Source: Promethearchaeota archaeon (GTDB lineage: Archaea > Asgardarchaeota > Lokiarchaeia > Sigyniarchaeales > SOKP01). From it: DNA of 64,000 nt. Each line of letters starts with the position of its first letter. Positions within the stretch are counted from its first letter, which is position 1. The stretch covers positions 1 to 64,000 of the forward strand of contig JAHPZJ010000010.1 of assembly GCA_019058245.1 (NCBI GenBank). Reading direction: 5' to 3'. Below are positions 21,197-31,450 of this stretch, piece after piece. A program made the translations under genes and the position numbers. Below the pieces are notes generated by a model, which made no database searches, was not told the DNA's origin, and was given only the letters and a program-made list of their open reading frames with translations.

Positions 21197-22903
21197 ATGC
21201 TAAAAGAGAAAATCTTTAAAAGTCTGAATTTTCCAATCATAAAGACTATTACAGCAAAATTAATAGCCATTTGGCTGATTATGTCAAGTCTTATATATGG
21301 GACTATCGCAATATTAGAAACCGAAAAAGGTTTACTACAACAATTCTATGTAGTCTTTATTATATTATCTTGTATTACTGGTTTTACATTTAATTTGGAA
21401 TATGTTCTCCGTTTTTGGACCTATAATCAAAATGTTAGAGAGGGAAATTCAATTTCAACACGATGGGATTATTTTACAAGTATTATAGGAGTAATTGATT
21501 TTCTAAGTGCTATCTCATTTATAACGTATTTGATAGGTTTTTTTGTCTTTGATGTAATGGATTTTACACGATTTTTACGTTTATTTGCACTTCTTAAATT
21601 CACTCGTTATTCTGGATCTTTTAAAATTATATTAGCGGTAATAAAACGCAAAAAAGAAGAATTAGTAATCACTTTAATGCTTTCTTTAATTTTGATGTTT
21701 TTTGGAGCAATATTCATATATATTGCTGAACATGATGCCCAACCTGATAAAATTACAAATCTTTTTAGCTCTATATGGTTTACGGCAATAAATCTTTTTA
21801 CAATCGGATATGGGGATATTGTACCATTAACTCTATTTGGAAAAATTATATCAGGAATTATATCCTTTATTGGAATAACATTATTCTTATTACCCGCTAG
21901 TGTTATTGTATCTGGATTCCTTGAGGAACTTGAAGAGAGGAACCCCTCCTCAGAAATTTGTCCCAATTGTCAAGAAGTTATTTCAAAATCTGAGTTTATA
22001 AGACAATTAAGGAAAAAGAAAGACAAAAAAAAAGACTTAAAAATTTCTTCAAAGGGTAATTATAAAAAGAAAATATATAAGCTAATTCATTTTAGATTTC
22101 CCTCTAAATTAGGTCAAAAGATCGTATTTATTTTCTTTGCAAGTATTATCACACTAAACGTTTTAGCAGTAATGGTTGGAACCAATCCAGAATTATATTT
22201 AGAGTTTAAATCTTTATTAAATTCACTGTTAATATTTTCAATCATTGTATTTTCTGTTGAATATATATTACGAGTCTGGTGTGTCGTTGCTTCAAAAAAA
22301 GAGAAATTTAAAAATCCTATTAGAGGAAGAATAAAATATATCTTAAGTCCAATAGCTATTGTTGACATTATAATTCTTATTGCTTTATATCTTATACTTT
22401 TTTTAAATCATATTCGTATTTTAGTTTTATACCTTCAAGTTTTAAGAATGTTGGTTATTTTTAAAATAGGTCATTTTATTGACGTGTTTAGGGTAACAGG
22501 ATTAATTTTTAAGGAAACAAAACGAGAATTTTTAGTTACTACTATTCTCTGCGGCATATTTCTTATATTCGCATCAACATTAATTTATTATTTAGAAAGA
22601 AATGCTCAACCTACTAAATTTTCAGATATTCCTACTACATTATGGATGGGAATTATCACGTTCACAACTACGGGATTTGGCGATGTATATCCGATAACTA
22701 CAGGAGGTCGTTTTTGTACAATCGCCTTAGCTTTTCTGGGAGTATCGCTTTTTATTTTACCAGCAGGTATTCTAGGGTCAAACTTTTTTAGTACTATGCA
22801 AAATTACCGTTATTATAAAATCTGTCCAAAATGTCAGTTTATCATAACCAAACCAAAAATAAAAAGTAAAGTTAAAAAAATAAGAAGTGGTAAATTTAAA
22901 TAG
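21197..22903 (+). CDS. two-repeat voltage-gated potassium channel (tandem 6TM domains)
   Basis: Two K+ filters (TIGYGD, TTGFGD), two EY.LR.W and S4-like basic segments, CPxC after each repeat. Confidence 0.9.
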   Translation: MLKEKIFKSLNFPIIKTITAKLIAIWLIMSSLIYGTIAILETEKGLLQQFYVVFIILSCITGFTFNLEYVLRFWTYNQNVREGNSISTRWDYFTSIIGVIDFLSAISFITYLIGFFVFDVMDFTRFLRLFALLKFTRYSGSFKIILAVIKRKKEELVITLMLSLILMFFGAIFIYIAEHDAQPDKITNLFSSIWFTAINLFTIGYGDIVPLTLFGKIISGIISFIGITLFLLPASVIVSGFLEELEERNPSSEICPNCQEVISKSEFIRQLRKKKDKKKDLKISSKGNYKKKIYKLIHFRFPSKLGQKIVFIFFASIITLNVLAVMVGTNPELYLEFKSLLNSLLIFSIIVFSVEYILRVWCVVASKKEKFKNPIRGRIKYILSPIAIVDIIILIALYLILFLNHIRILVLYLQVLRMLVIFKIGHFIDVFRVTGLIFKETKREFLVTTILCGIFLIFASTLIYYLERNAQPTKFSDIPTTLWMGIITFTTTGFGDVYPITTGGRFCTIALAFLGVSLFILPAGILGSNFFSTMQNYRYYKICPKCQFIITKPKIKSKVKKIRSGKFK

Positions 22904-24596
22904 CGGACACCGTAATGGTTATCATAGCAACGATGAAACTATTTATAAAGGTGCTTGAGATTATATTTCCTGTTTTTTTATATATAGCAACATAAATAAA
23001 ACTTGATAATAAAGTAGTAGGTATTGTTATAGGCAAGTAGACTCCAAAATTGAAAAAACTTCCCAATATAAAACTAAATATGAGCAGATATACTATCATA
23101 TACACAATCTGTTCGCAAAAAGTAATTAATCCTGATATTATCTGTCCTTTTAAATCATTCTTGATTTTATTTTGGATAACTGTTTGGTTTAATAAACTAT
23201 ATATGAGAAAGACAAAGAAACATATCACAAAACAAATTGGAATGAATATTATTTTATTGAGAGAAGGAATTACAGCAAAATAGTTTAAACCAATTGATAA
23301 ATAGATGATTATAAATATTATTGGTGTTAAGATTATTCCTAACAATATTTGGTTAGTGAAATTCCTTCTATTTTTAAATGGTCCAATTAAAATATCTTTT
23401 AAAGGAATTTCCGCTTGCCTCCCAATTCTCCATAGAAAAATTAAGACAGCTACCATTTGACCGCATAAAAGCATTAAAACATTTCCAGCGGTAAATAAAG
23501 GAAAGAAGTATAATGGGAAAAAAATGATTATTCCTACAATACCAAGGATTAAAGAGTATACTAGATTTCTTAATGCTAAATTAGTTACTGAAACATTAGG
23601 TAAATCTATTTTTAAAATTACTTCTTCATCTCGATCCACTTTTCTTACTTTCAAAATTATTTTGTAAATAGGATCTATACTTAAAAAAAACAAACCAATA
23701 CCACCTATTAATTGAATTATCAAAATTACAAATCTGACATTAACATAAAAATTCTCATCAGGTTGCCTTACATCTGGAAATGTACTAATCACCCAATTTC
23801 TAGCTTCTCTGATAAAATCTTGATCCCAAGCGAGTAATAAATGATTAGTATTATCATCTAGGAAGATCATTGAAGCGTTACCATCTTGGAAACTTCCATA
23901 AAGTTTATTTACATCGATATTATCAGAAGTAGTATTGAGTCTTAAGGCCATACCATCTTTTAATCTTGATAGAGTATTTACTTCATCAAATCGAGCTTGA
24001 ATCATGAGAATATTTAAACTTCGATTAGAACTCGCTTTTATTGAATATTCAGGGTGATAGTCTTCTGTGGGTAAGCCCGTTCCAATTCCTATAAAACACT
24101 TAAAATCGGTATCTTCTGAAATAATTTGATTACCAGGGAAACCACCCATGGAATAACCTATGTATCCAAGATTATTTATATCAATATCATCTCTGGAATT
24201 AAGATATTCTTTAATTGCCCTTACATCATCAATTATCTTCCCTTGATCGAGTTTCCCCAGACTTTGTCCATGTCCTCTAAAATCAAACACTACGGCGACA
24301 AAACCGGCATTCGCCAATTCAACAGCATATCCTTTCAATATTTCCTTGTTTGCCATGTAGCCATGCCCAATTATAATAGCTTTTTTATTATCATAGCTAT
24401 TATATTTTTGATAAAGATTCTCTTTTGGTTCGAAAACATTGAAAGAAATTGTAACTCCATCTACTGTTTTAGCTGTGTGTCCATAAGAACCTTTCACACT
24501 TAGAGGGACTGTAAAGATTAAAACTGTTCCTATGATAAAAACAGTTAGAAAAAGCAAAATCGAAATTACTTTCTTTTTTGTAATAATTTGACTCAT
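22896..24596 (-). CDS. alpha/beta hydrolase with C-terminal multi-TM domain
   Basis: HG, DFRGHG.S, GYSMG nucleophile elbow; about 8 C-terminal TMs. Confidence 0.85.
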   Translation of the reverse strand: MSQIITKKKVISILLFLTVFIIGTVLIFTVPLSVKGSYGHTAKTVDGVTISFNVFEPKENLYQKYNSYDNKKAIIIGHGYMANKEILKGYAVELANAGFVAVVFDFRGHGQSLGKLDQGKIIDDVRAIKEYLNSRDDIDINNLGYIGYSMGGFPGNQIISEDTDFKCFIGIGTGLPTEDYHPEYSIKASSNRSLNILMIQARFDEVNTLSRLKDGMALRLNTTSDNIDVNKLYGSFQDGNASMIFLDDNTNHLLLAWDQDFIREARNWVISTFPDVRQPDENFYVNVRFVILIIQLIGGIGLFFLSIDPIYKIILKVRKVDRDEEVILKIDLPNVSVTNLALRNLVYSLILGIVGIIIFFPLYFFPLFTAGNVLMLLCGQMVAVLIFLWRIGRQAEIPLKDILIGPFKNRRNFTNQILLGIILTPIIFIIIYLSIGLNYFAVIPSLNKIIFIPICFVICFFVFLIYSLLNQTVIQNKIKNDLKGQIISGLITFCEQIVYMIVYLLIFSFILGSFFNFGVYLPITIPTTLLSSFIYVAIYKKTGNIISSTFINSFIVAMITITVSAI

Positions 24597-24667
24597 AATG
24601 CATAATATCTTCAGTTTTTAATAAAGTTAAAAGGTTATATTTTGTTTTGATTTTACTTTTTTGTTAT

Positions 24668-25000
24668 CTAATCTCCCATTATTGTATTTTCCAGAAAGCC
24701 AATCCCTCTTGGGGTCGCTTTCCAACCACTTTCTGTATTCATGATGTAAAATAATTGCTCTAACATTGATAAATGATATTTGATTTGTTCTTCTTCGATG
24801 TTAAATTTTTTATTGATTTGTTTCTGTGTCATTATATTAATCCCAATAAATTTTAACAACTCTCTTCTCGTTTGGTTCATCATAGCTCTATAAGCCCGGG
24901 CATGATCCTCTTTATGGTCAATACTTTCCGATAATCGTAAAAATTCCTTCATTTCTTCCTTAGTTAATTTACAAACTTCTAATATTTCTTTCATATCCAT
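24668..25000 (-). CDS. ArsR-like winged-helix protein
   Basis: N.TRRELL..I, KYHL.ML, W..T.RG wing. Confidence 0.75.
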   Translation of the reverse strand: MDMKEILEVCKLTKEEMKEFLRLSESIDHKEDHARAYRAMMNQTRRELLKFIGINIMTQKQINKKFNIEEEQIKYHLSMLEQLFYIMNTESGWKATPRGIGFLENTIMGD

Positions 25001-25153
25001 GAATAATTCACTTTTTATTCTTCTTATTTATATTTATAAAATATAACTTATATTATAAAGTTCTTAATTATAGTCTAAAGCTTAGAAACAACCTGTAAAA
25101 ATTTTCTTTGGGTTCTTTGGGAAAATTCAGATAAGTTGGTTTATAAGTAGAGT

Positions 25154-25453
25154 TTAATTTTGTGAAGTAATTTCAGCATTGTTAATAATAATTTTATCTT
25201 TAGTGTTGTGTTTTTTTTTCAATTCATAATAGCAGTTAAATATCCCGTAGCCATTCAATACTACATAACATGTGTTTATTATTCCAAGGCTTATAACTTC
25301 AATTGAAAAGGTAAAAATCGCTACTAAACAATTGATAATAATTGATATTATCCATCCTATTATTCTGAAACTCGGTTTACTTGCCTTTTTACTTACAAAA
25401 AAATAGAAAGCAAAAAAAGATAAGATTGTAAATATCCATTCTATTACTTCTAT
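25154..25453 (-). CDS. small 3-TM membrane protein, 99 aa, apparent ATA start (not in ORF track)
   Basis: IEVIEWIFTILSFFAFYFFVSKKASKPSFRIIGWIISII...LNGYGIFNC; GGTG SD 8 nt upstream of ATA. Confidence 0.6.
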   Translation of the reverse strand: MEVIEWIFTILSFFAFYFFVSKKASKPSFRIIGWIISIIINCLVAIFTFSIEVISLGIINTCYVVLNGYGIFNCYYELKKKHNTKDKIIINNAEITSQN

Positions 25454-25475
25454 TAATTATTCACCATATTTAATT

Positions 25476-25554
25476 TTCACGAAAATCGAATTTAAGAAAA
25501 CTCTCAATATATGCAAATTGACAATGATATATAAATGTCTTCACAAAATTCGAA
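25476..25554. promoter_or_regulatory. paired TTCAC.AAA.TCGAA boxes (TTC-N9-GAA) between divergent genes
   Basis: 25476-25490 ttcacgaaaatcgaa and 25540-25554 ttcacaaaattcgaa, flanking TATA-like elements. Confidence 0.5.
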
Positions 25555-25593
25555 CTAAAAAAATAAATATTAACAATTCCTATTATATAATTA

Positions 25594-26670
25594 ATGGTAA
25601 AGAATGATCGATCTTTTCTTTTTGAAGGAAAAATTAGAGATTTTGAAAAAGTAGTTCTTGAGTATCAGCTTGAAATTGCTCATTTTTCCTCACTTTCTGA
25701 GACTATGGCAAAAATCATGGCTTATTTATCATTATATCAAAAATTAACCCAAAGTCAGTTAAATAATTTAACAGAATATTCGAAATCTACTGTCTCTACT
25801 AGTTTAGCAGCTCTTATTAGAATCAATTATGTCAGAAAAGAGAAAATTAAAGGTTCCAGGGAATATAATTATTATATTGCACCTCCTTCCGAGATGTCTA
25901 TAGATTTTGCGTTGGGGTCCACTGAAAAGGAAATTATATTCTTAAAACAGAAAATCAAAGAATTAAACAATAATAATTTAGAGGGTAAGAATGGTTATAA
26001 CCTTATGTTAGTAAGATTAAAGCACATTCTAGATGTGTTTGAGTGTTATCAAAGAATTTTAGAAACTCTAAAAGATCCAAAAGCAAAAGTTAATTTAAGC
26101 TTATCCGAAGAGCATATAAAAACGCTTTCTTCGGAAGATTTTAACCTTATTCATTTAAAATTTGATCCTGAAATAAAGCAAGTTGAAGATGATTTGCTTG
26201 AGTTTTTTATGTATGAGTCTGCTTATTCTACTTTATCAGAGTTTACACTGATGATTTACACTCTCTTTCTTACAAGAAAGGTTTTAACTCAAGAAAAGAT
26301 AAGAGAGTTAACAGGATTATCGTTGGGTAAGGTATCACAGGTTGTAAATACGCTTATAAAAAATGGACTAATCGAGAAGATCGATAAGGAACAATATCAA
26401 GAGATTATTCCTGATGAGATCAAGCGCCAAACAATTTATTCAATGTCATCTATTAAGGAGGCATTTTTTACTTCAGGGATTAATTCACTTGAAGAAATGC
26501 TGAAATATGAAGGTAAATTTCAAAAAATTAAATCAGAATTGATGAATAACAAGGAGAGTCTAGAAAAACTTCGGGGATACACTCAAGTTCTAAATTATGT
26601 AGAAAAATATTTGGATATAATCCCTATTTATAAAAAAGCTACTTCAATATTTTTAGATTTTTTAGATTAA
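25594..26670 (+). CDS. MarR/GbsR-like regulator with two tandem wHTH repeats
   Basis: LTQSQL..LT.YSKSTVS..L and LTQEKI.ELTGLS.GKVS..VN.L. Confidence 0.8.
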   Translation: MVKNDRSFLFEGKIRDFEKVVLEYQLEIAHFSSLSETMAKIMAYLSLYQKLTQSQLNNLTEYSKSTVSTSLAALIRINYVRKEKIKGSREYNYYIAPPSEMSIDFALGSTEKEIIFLKQKIKELNNNNLEGKNGYNLMLVRLKHILDVFECYQRILETLKDPKAKVNLSLSEEHIKTLSSEDFNLIHLKFDPEIKQVEDDLLEFFMYESAYSTLSEFTLMIYTLFLTRKVLTQEKIRELTGLSLGKVSQVVNTLIKNGLIEKIDKEQYQEIIPDEIKRQTIYSMSSIKEAFFTSGINSLEEMLKYEGKFQKIKSELMNNKESLEKLRGYTQVLNYVEKYLDIIPIYKKATSIFLDFLD

Positions 26671-27114
26671 TTTTTAGATAAAATGAATAAGAAAATAAAA
26701 AAAAATATCTGAACTTTAAAGTAAATATGGAAAACTTAAGATTGATTTGAGGTTAAAAAGGGAATTATTATTATTTTTATAATTTCATAGCAGTCTATTT
26801 TTATTTATTAAGATTTATTTTAATTAATTAGTAGAGCATGATAAAATGTACGTTTTTAATACTTCTAGTTTTAATAATTATTATCCTGATTGTTTGTTTG
26901 AATTGTTGGGATGGTGGAGAACCAGCTAAAAGAGTAAAAATTTGGATGGAAAGGTAAATTCAAAGTCTGATTTCAATGAAAATTCCTTTGAAAATTTAAC
27001 ATTTTTGTCGGAATAGTTGTAAATAAAAGATGAATATTAGAATATGATTTTAAAATAGATGTCAAATCATATCTAAATACCATAAATAGAAATGTTTATT
27101 ACTAATAAAAAGGA

Positions 27115-27426
27115 GTGAAATCTATGACATCTATGACAAGAAAAAATGGATTAATTTCAGTAGTTTTTGGAATAATCGGGATTATTTTTTTCTTTTTAAT
27201 TATTTTCCCTATTGCAGCATCTGAACATTACGGATTTGGTATTACGCCATATTGGATATTATACTTTTCAATAGAACTTATTGTAGGCATATTGACGGTA
27301 GGATTAGGTTTATATGGGAGGACTACAGATAAATCTAAATCAGCCTCAATAACAGGATTGGTCATAGGGCTTATTATCATAGTCGCCTGGATTTTGGCAT
27401 TTTTATGGAAGGAGCCATATCTTTAA
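27115..27426 (+). CDS. small 3-TM membrane protein (probable ATG start 27124)
   Basis: Hydrophobic segments; GGAG SD. Confidence 0.7.
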   Translation: MKSMTSMTRKNGLISVVFGIIGIIFFFLIIFPIAASEHYGFGITPYWILYFSIELIVGILTVGLGLYGRTTDKSKSASITGLVIGLIIIVAWILAFLWKEPYL

Positions 27427-27799
27427 TTAAATCAAATTTATAAACCATCTAAAAGATTTTTACACACGTATGTGGTCGATATTGTGATTATTGAGCAGAG
27501 ATTTAACTTTTTTTATTTTTAAATTAATTATTTAATATCTTTAAATGAATGTCCTTGACATTTTTCATCACTAAAATAATATTATATCTTTCAACTTAGG
27601 GGAAATAATGAAATTAAGGTGTAGAAAAGTAAATCTATAATTCAAATTGTTTTAGATAAAAAATTTTATATTGTCAATTTTTTAAAAATGCAAACATTTA
27701 TATATTCATTTTTCATATTTTGCATATATATAAGATATTTTCAAAAATAATAAAATGCAAATATATAAATAACATTCTTGGAATTTTTGGTGGTGCAAT

Positions 27800-28429
27800 G
27801 TGGTTGAAGAGTATGAATTAAAACATAGAGCATTTGTTTTGCTAGGTTTAGTAAATGAAAAAATGCATGAGGGAGGATGTCATGCATATGATATCAATAA
27901 AAGAATCGAAGACCGGGGAATGCGAAATTGGACAAGTATAGGAGCAGATTTCTCATTTTCTACTATTTATAGAACATTAGATCGCCTTGAAAATGATGAG
28001 TTGGTTGAAAGTTATGAGGAACAGATCGATGGACGAACCCGGAAAATGTATCAAATTTCAAATTTTGGGTATGAAATATTAAGAAAAAAGGTGTATGAGG
28101 TATTGTATAATTATAGCGGAGAAAATGATAGAGATTTCTATGTGGCTTTTTCTATGTTTCCAATTCTCATTCTTGAAGAACAAATAGAAGTCTTTACCCA
28201 TTCTTTAGAAATTATAAGGACTCACAGAAAAGAATTAAAAAAGATGTTAGAAGAAATGTTAGAAGGTTTTGTTCAAATGCCAATTAATGTAACGGGTCTG
28301 TTTATTCACCCTATTGAAGTCTTGAAAGCGGATGAAAAGTTTTTCGAGATTGTTATTGAAGAGATCAAGAAATTTGAAGGAAAAATAGGCCCAGATGATT
28401 ATGACCTAAAAAAGGAGGAAAAATTATAA
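27800..28429 (+). CDS. PadR-family transcriptional regulator
   Basis: LLGL......HAYDI, STIY..L.RLE...LV, RK.Y.I...G. Confidence 0.9.
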   Translation: MVEEYELKHRAFVLLGLVNEKMHEGGCHAYDINKRIEDRGMRNWTSIGADFSFSTIYRTLDRLENDELVESYEEQIDGRTRKMYQISNFGYEILRKKVYEVLYNYSGENDRDFYVAFSMFPILILEEQIEVFTHSLEIIRTHRKELKKMLEEMLEGFVQMPINVTGLFIHPIEVLKADEKFFEIVIEEIKKFEGKIGPDDYDLKKEEKL

Positions 28430-28430
28430 T

Positions 28431-29567
28431 ATGAAGCATATGGTTAAAGATTTTTTACATCGAGTAGGTCATCATTGTGAATCCTCTTCAATGAGAGATT
28501 TATTCGAGTATTATGGTTTTCCAATGTCTGAACCGATGGCATTTGGGCTAGATGCAACCATGGGATTCGGATTTTTCGATACAACCAGTCAAGTATCTTT
28601 TATTCCTGAATCCGATATTCCTTTTTTCTTGGGAGGGAAACAGGGCACTATTGAACCGAATAGTCTTGTTTGTCGATTATTAGGCATTACACTCAGAAAG
28701 CAATCCTTTTCTAATGCAGAAAAAGCTTGGAAGGAATCCAAGGTGTTAATAGACCAAGATATTCCACTTCTTTTAAGAGTAGATATTTCGTATATGCCTT
28801 ATGAAGGATTTGATGAAGAGCTTGATGTAGCTCATTTTGGAGGGCATGCAGTGACTTTAGGCGGATATGATGAGGAGAAGGGAGTAGTGTATATAGGAGA
28901 TACTGAATTTGAGGGATTTCAAGAAGTTCCTATAAATATATTAAAAATAGCAAGGAGTTCTACCTATGGTCCTAAGTTTTTACATCCAACAAATACTCAG
29001 TTTTCTATGAAACCTCGTTCCGATGGTAAACACCCTCCTTTAGCAGCGGGAGTAAAACTTGCGATTCAAAAAGTAGTTGCTAATATGCTAAGACCTTCCA
29101 GTAATAATAATGGTATCCAAGGATTAAAGCAATTTGCAAATTCTATACCCTCTTGGAAAGATAAGCTAAATAAAAATATAACAAATTTAAAAGGAGAAGA
29201 AGTCTCTTTAGCGCATTTAATGTTTGAACTTACTTATGGCTATATTGAAACATGGGGGACCGGAGGTGGGTCCTTTCGCAAGCTCTATAAAGATTTCCTA
29301 AAAGAATTACTTACTCATCCTGAGCTTAAAGAAGGTCCAAGAGCATGGAACTCCGATGAGTTCGGTATTCTTGAAGAATGCATTCCGATTATTAACGAAT
29401 CAGCACAAGACTGGACTTTTATCGCAGAAACTTTGAAGAATGTTTGTGATCAATACAAGGATAATTGTTTAAATCATGTAGATTTTGTTGAACTCCATAA
29501 TATAGCACAAAATATTACTAAAAAAGAAGAACAAGCTTTCAAGAAATTATCAAAAATTAAAAATTAA
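28431..29567 (+). CDS. BtrH N-terminal/DUF4872 papain-like protein
   Basis: HCESS (Cys), SE.M.FGL, HFGGH (His), GYD, YIGD (Asp), GTGG..FR.LY. Confidence 0.85.
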   Translation: MKHMVKDFLHRVGHHCESSSMRDLFEYYGFPMSEPMAFGLDATMGFGFFDTTSQVSFIPESDIPFFLGGKQGTIEPNSLVCRLLGITLRKQSFSNAEKAWKESKVLIDQDIPLLLRVDISYMPYEGFDEELDVAHFGGHAVTLGGYDEEKGVVYIGDTEFEGFQEVPINILKIARSSTYGPKFLHPTNTQFSMKPRSDGKHPPLAAGVKLAIQKVVANMLRPSSNNNGIQGLKQFANSIPSWKDKLNKNITNLKGEEVSLAHLMFELTYGYIETWGTGGGSFRKLYKDFLKELLTHPELKEGPRAWNSDEFGILEECIPIINESAQDWTFIAETLKNVCDQYKDNCLNHVDFVELHNIAQNITKKEEQAFKKLSKIKN

Positions 29568-29577
29568 GTGTACAAAA

Positions 29578-30744
29578 ATGGTTAGAATAGTAATAGATGA
29601 TTTTAAACATATGGCTGGTGCAAATTGTCAGCTATCGAGTTTAAGGAAAGTGCTTGCATATTATAATATAGACATTTCTGAACCAATGATTTTAGGTTTG
29701 TGTTCAGGAATGGGTTATTTTTATTTCTATATGAAAAATATGCCCTTTCCAATGGTGTTAGGGATGAGTGTGAAAAAGACTGAAATTTTTGAAAGGATGC
29801 TACCACTTTTAGGGGGAAATGTGAAAATTACAGAAACTGCGTCTGTAAATACCGCACATAAAAATTTGGTAAGTATCTTACAAAAGGGACAGCCAACTAT
29901 AACATTTGTTGATTTTGCATACTTACCTTTCTTCTTTGCAGAGGGAACACCTATACCAAATGAAGGTTCAGGGCACTTTGGAGCCCATACTTTTGTAACA
30001 TATGGGATAGATGAAGATAAAGACGAAGCATATATATCGGATAGATATGCTAATCCGCATGTAATGACATATTCTCAACTTAAAACTGCTAGAGCAAGTA
30101 AATATGCCCCATTTCCTGCGAAAAACAAGTTAGTTGAAATAATACTGCCAAAAAAAGTAAAGGATATTAAACAAAGCATTCCAGCATCAATTAAAGCAAA
30201 TGCAAATTTTATGTTTAATCCTCCTATACGTAATATGGGTCTGAAAGGATTTCAAAAATGGCGTGAAATGCTCCCTACATGGGCTGACTTTAGTGATAAT
30301 GATCTATTATATGGCTTAGTCAGTGTGTTTATTTATATGGAGACTGGTGGTACTGGAGGTGCTATGTTCCGCATATTATATCGAGATTTCTTGAAAGAAG
30401 CGGGAGAACTCCTAAATAATGATGGTCTCTTAAAAGCTGCTGATGTTTATGATAATATAATAATTAAATTAAGAGAAGTAGAGCATCAAATACTACCAGA
30501 TGATCTACCTAATATAGCAAAATTGAGAGAATTATATCTAAAGAGTGGGGATATTACCGAAAAAGGTGAAAAAGACTATCAAAAGCAATTAGTGAAGATT
30601 GATGAAGAAGCTCAAATAGCTTTAGAAGGAGCGCTGAAGGAAACTAATTCATGGAGACAACGTATTCCTAAGATAGATAAAGGGATTCAAGAATGGTATG
30701 ATTTAGAAACAAATGCTTGGGAAATTATAAAAGATGCAATTTAA
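29578..30744 (+). CDS. second BtrH N-terminal/DUF4872 papain-like protein
   Basis: NCQLSS, SEPMILGL, HFGAH, YISD, GTGGAMFR.LY. Confidence 0.85.
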   Translation: MVRIVIDDFKHMAGANCQLSSLRKVLAYYNIDISEPMILGLCSGMGYFYFYMKNMPFPMVLGMSVKKTEIFERMLPLLGGNVKITETASVNTAHKNLVSILQKGQPTITFVDFAYLPFFFAEGTPIPNEGSGHFGAHTFVTYGIDEDKDEAYISDRYANPHVMTYSQLKTARASKYAPFPAKNKLVEIILPKKVKDIKQSIPASIKANANFMFNPPIRNMGLKGFQKWREMLPTWADFSDNDLLYGLVSVFIYMETGGTGGAMFRILYRDFLKEAGELLNNDGLLKAADVYDNIIIKLREVEHQILPDDLPNIAKLRELYLKSGDITEKGEKDYQKQLVKIDEEAQIALEGALKETNSWRQRIPKIDKGIQEWYDLETNAWEIIKDAI

Positions 30745-30777
30745 AAGAAAAGGTGAATAGAAATACCTGAAGAAATA

Positions 30778-31434
30778 TTGAATGAACTAAATGCTGAGGG
30801 TCTTCGTTCAGTTTTTCTTAAATATACGAGAAAAGCATTTAAAAGTATTCCTGAGATGAATAAACCTCATATCCTTGATATTGGATGTGGAACAGGTATG
30901 CCTACCTTAGAACTAGCCAAGTTAAGCAATGGAGATATCATCGGAATTGATATCGATCAGAATGCTTTAGATAAATTAAATCAAAAAATTAAGGAAAAAG
31001 GACTTAAAAATAGAGTGAAAATATTTAATCGATCAGCATATGATACTCAATTCGCAGATGAGACATTTGATATTCTCTGGGAGGAGGGAGTAATACATCT
31101 TCTTGATTTCAAGAAAGTTATGACTGAATGTATTAGAATTCTAAAAGTAAATGGTTATATGATTACTGGGGAGGCAAATAATTGGGTAGATAAGAAGATA
31201 AAGCAGTATCCAAAATACGGGTTTAAAATAGTTAAAAAGATACCTTGGGAAGAGAAGTGTTGGTGGAGGCAATATTATGCTCCCTTAGAAGAGAAAATAA
31301 ATATTTTACGTAAAAAATATAATAAAATTGAGGAGATTGAAGATATTAAACGACATTTAAGAGAAATAGAAATGGTAAAGAAAAATCCCAGTGGTTTTGA
31401 TTGTACAACTTATGTATTGCAAAAAATAAAATGA
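30778..31434 (+). CDS. class I SAM-dependent methyltransferase
   Basis: ILDIGCGTG, GIDID, F.DETFDILW.EG. Confidence 0.9.
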   Translation: MNELNAEGLRSVFLKYTRKAFKSIPEMNKPHILDIGCGTGMPTLELAKLSNGDIIGIDIDQNALDKLNQKIKEKGLKNRVKIFNRSAYDTQFADETFDILWEEGVIHLLDFKKVMTECIRILKVNGYMITGEANNWVDKKIKQYPKYGFKIVKKIPWEEKCWWRQYYAPLEEKINILRKKYNKIEEIEDIKRHLREIEMVKKNPSGFDCTTYVLQKIK

Positions 31435-31450
31435 AAAGAGGAGTTATATA

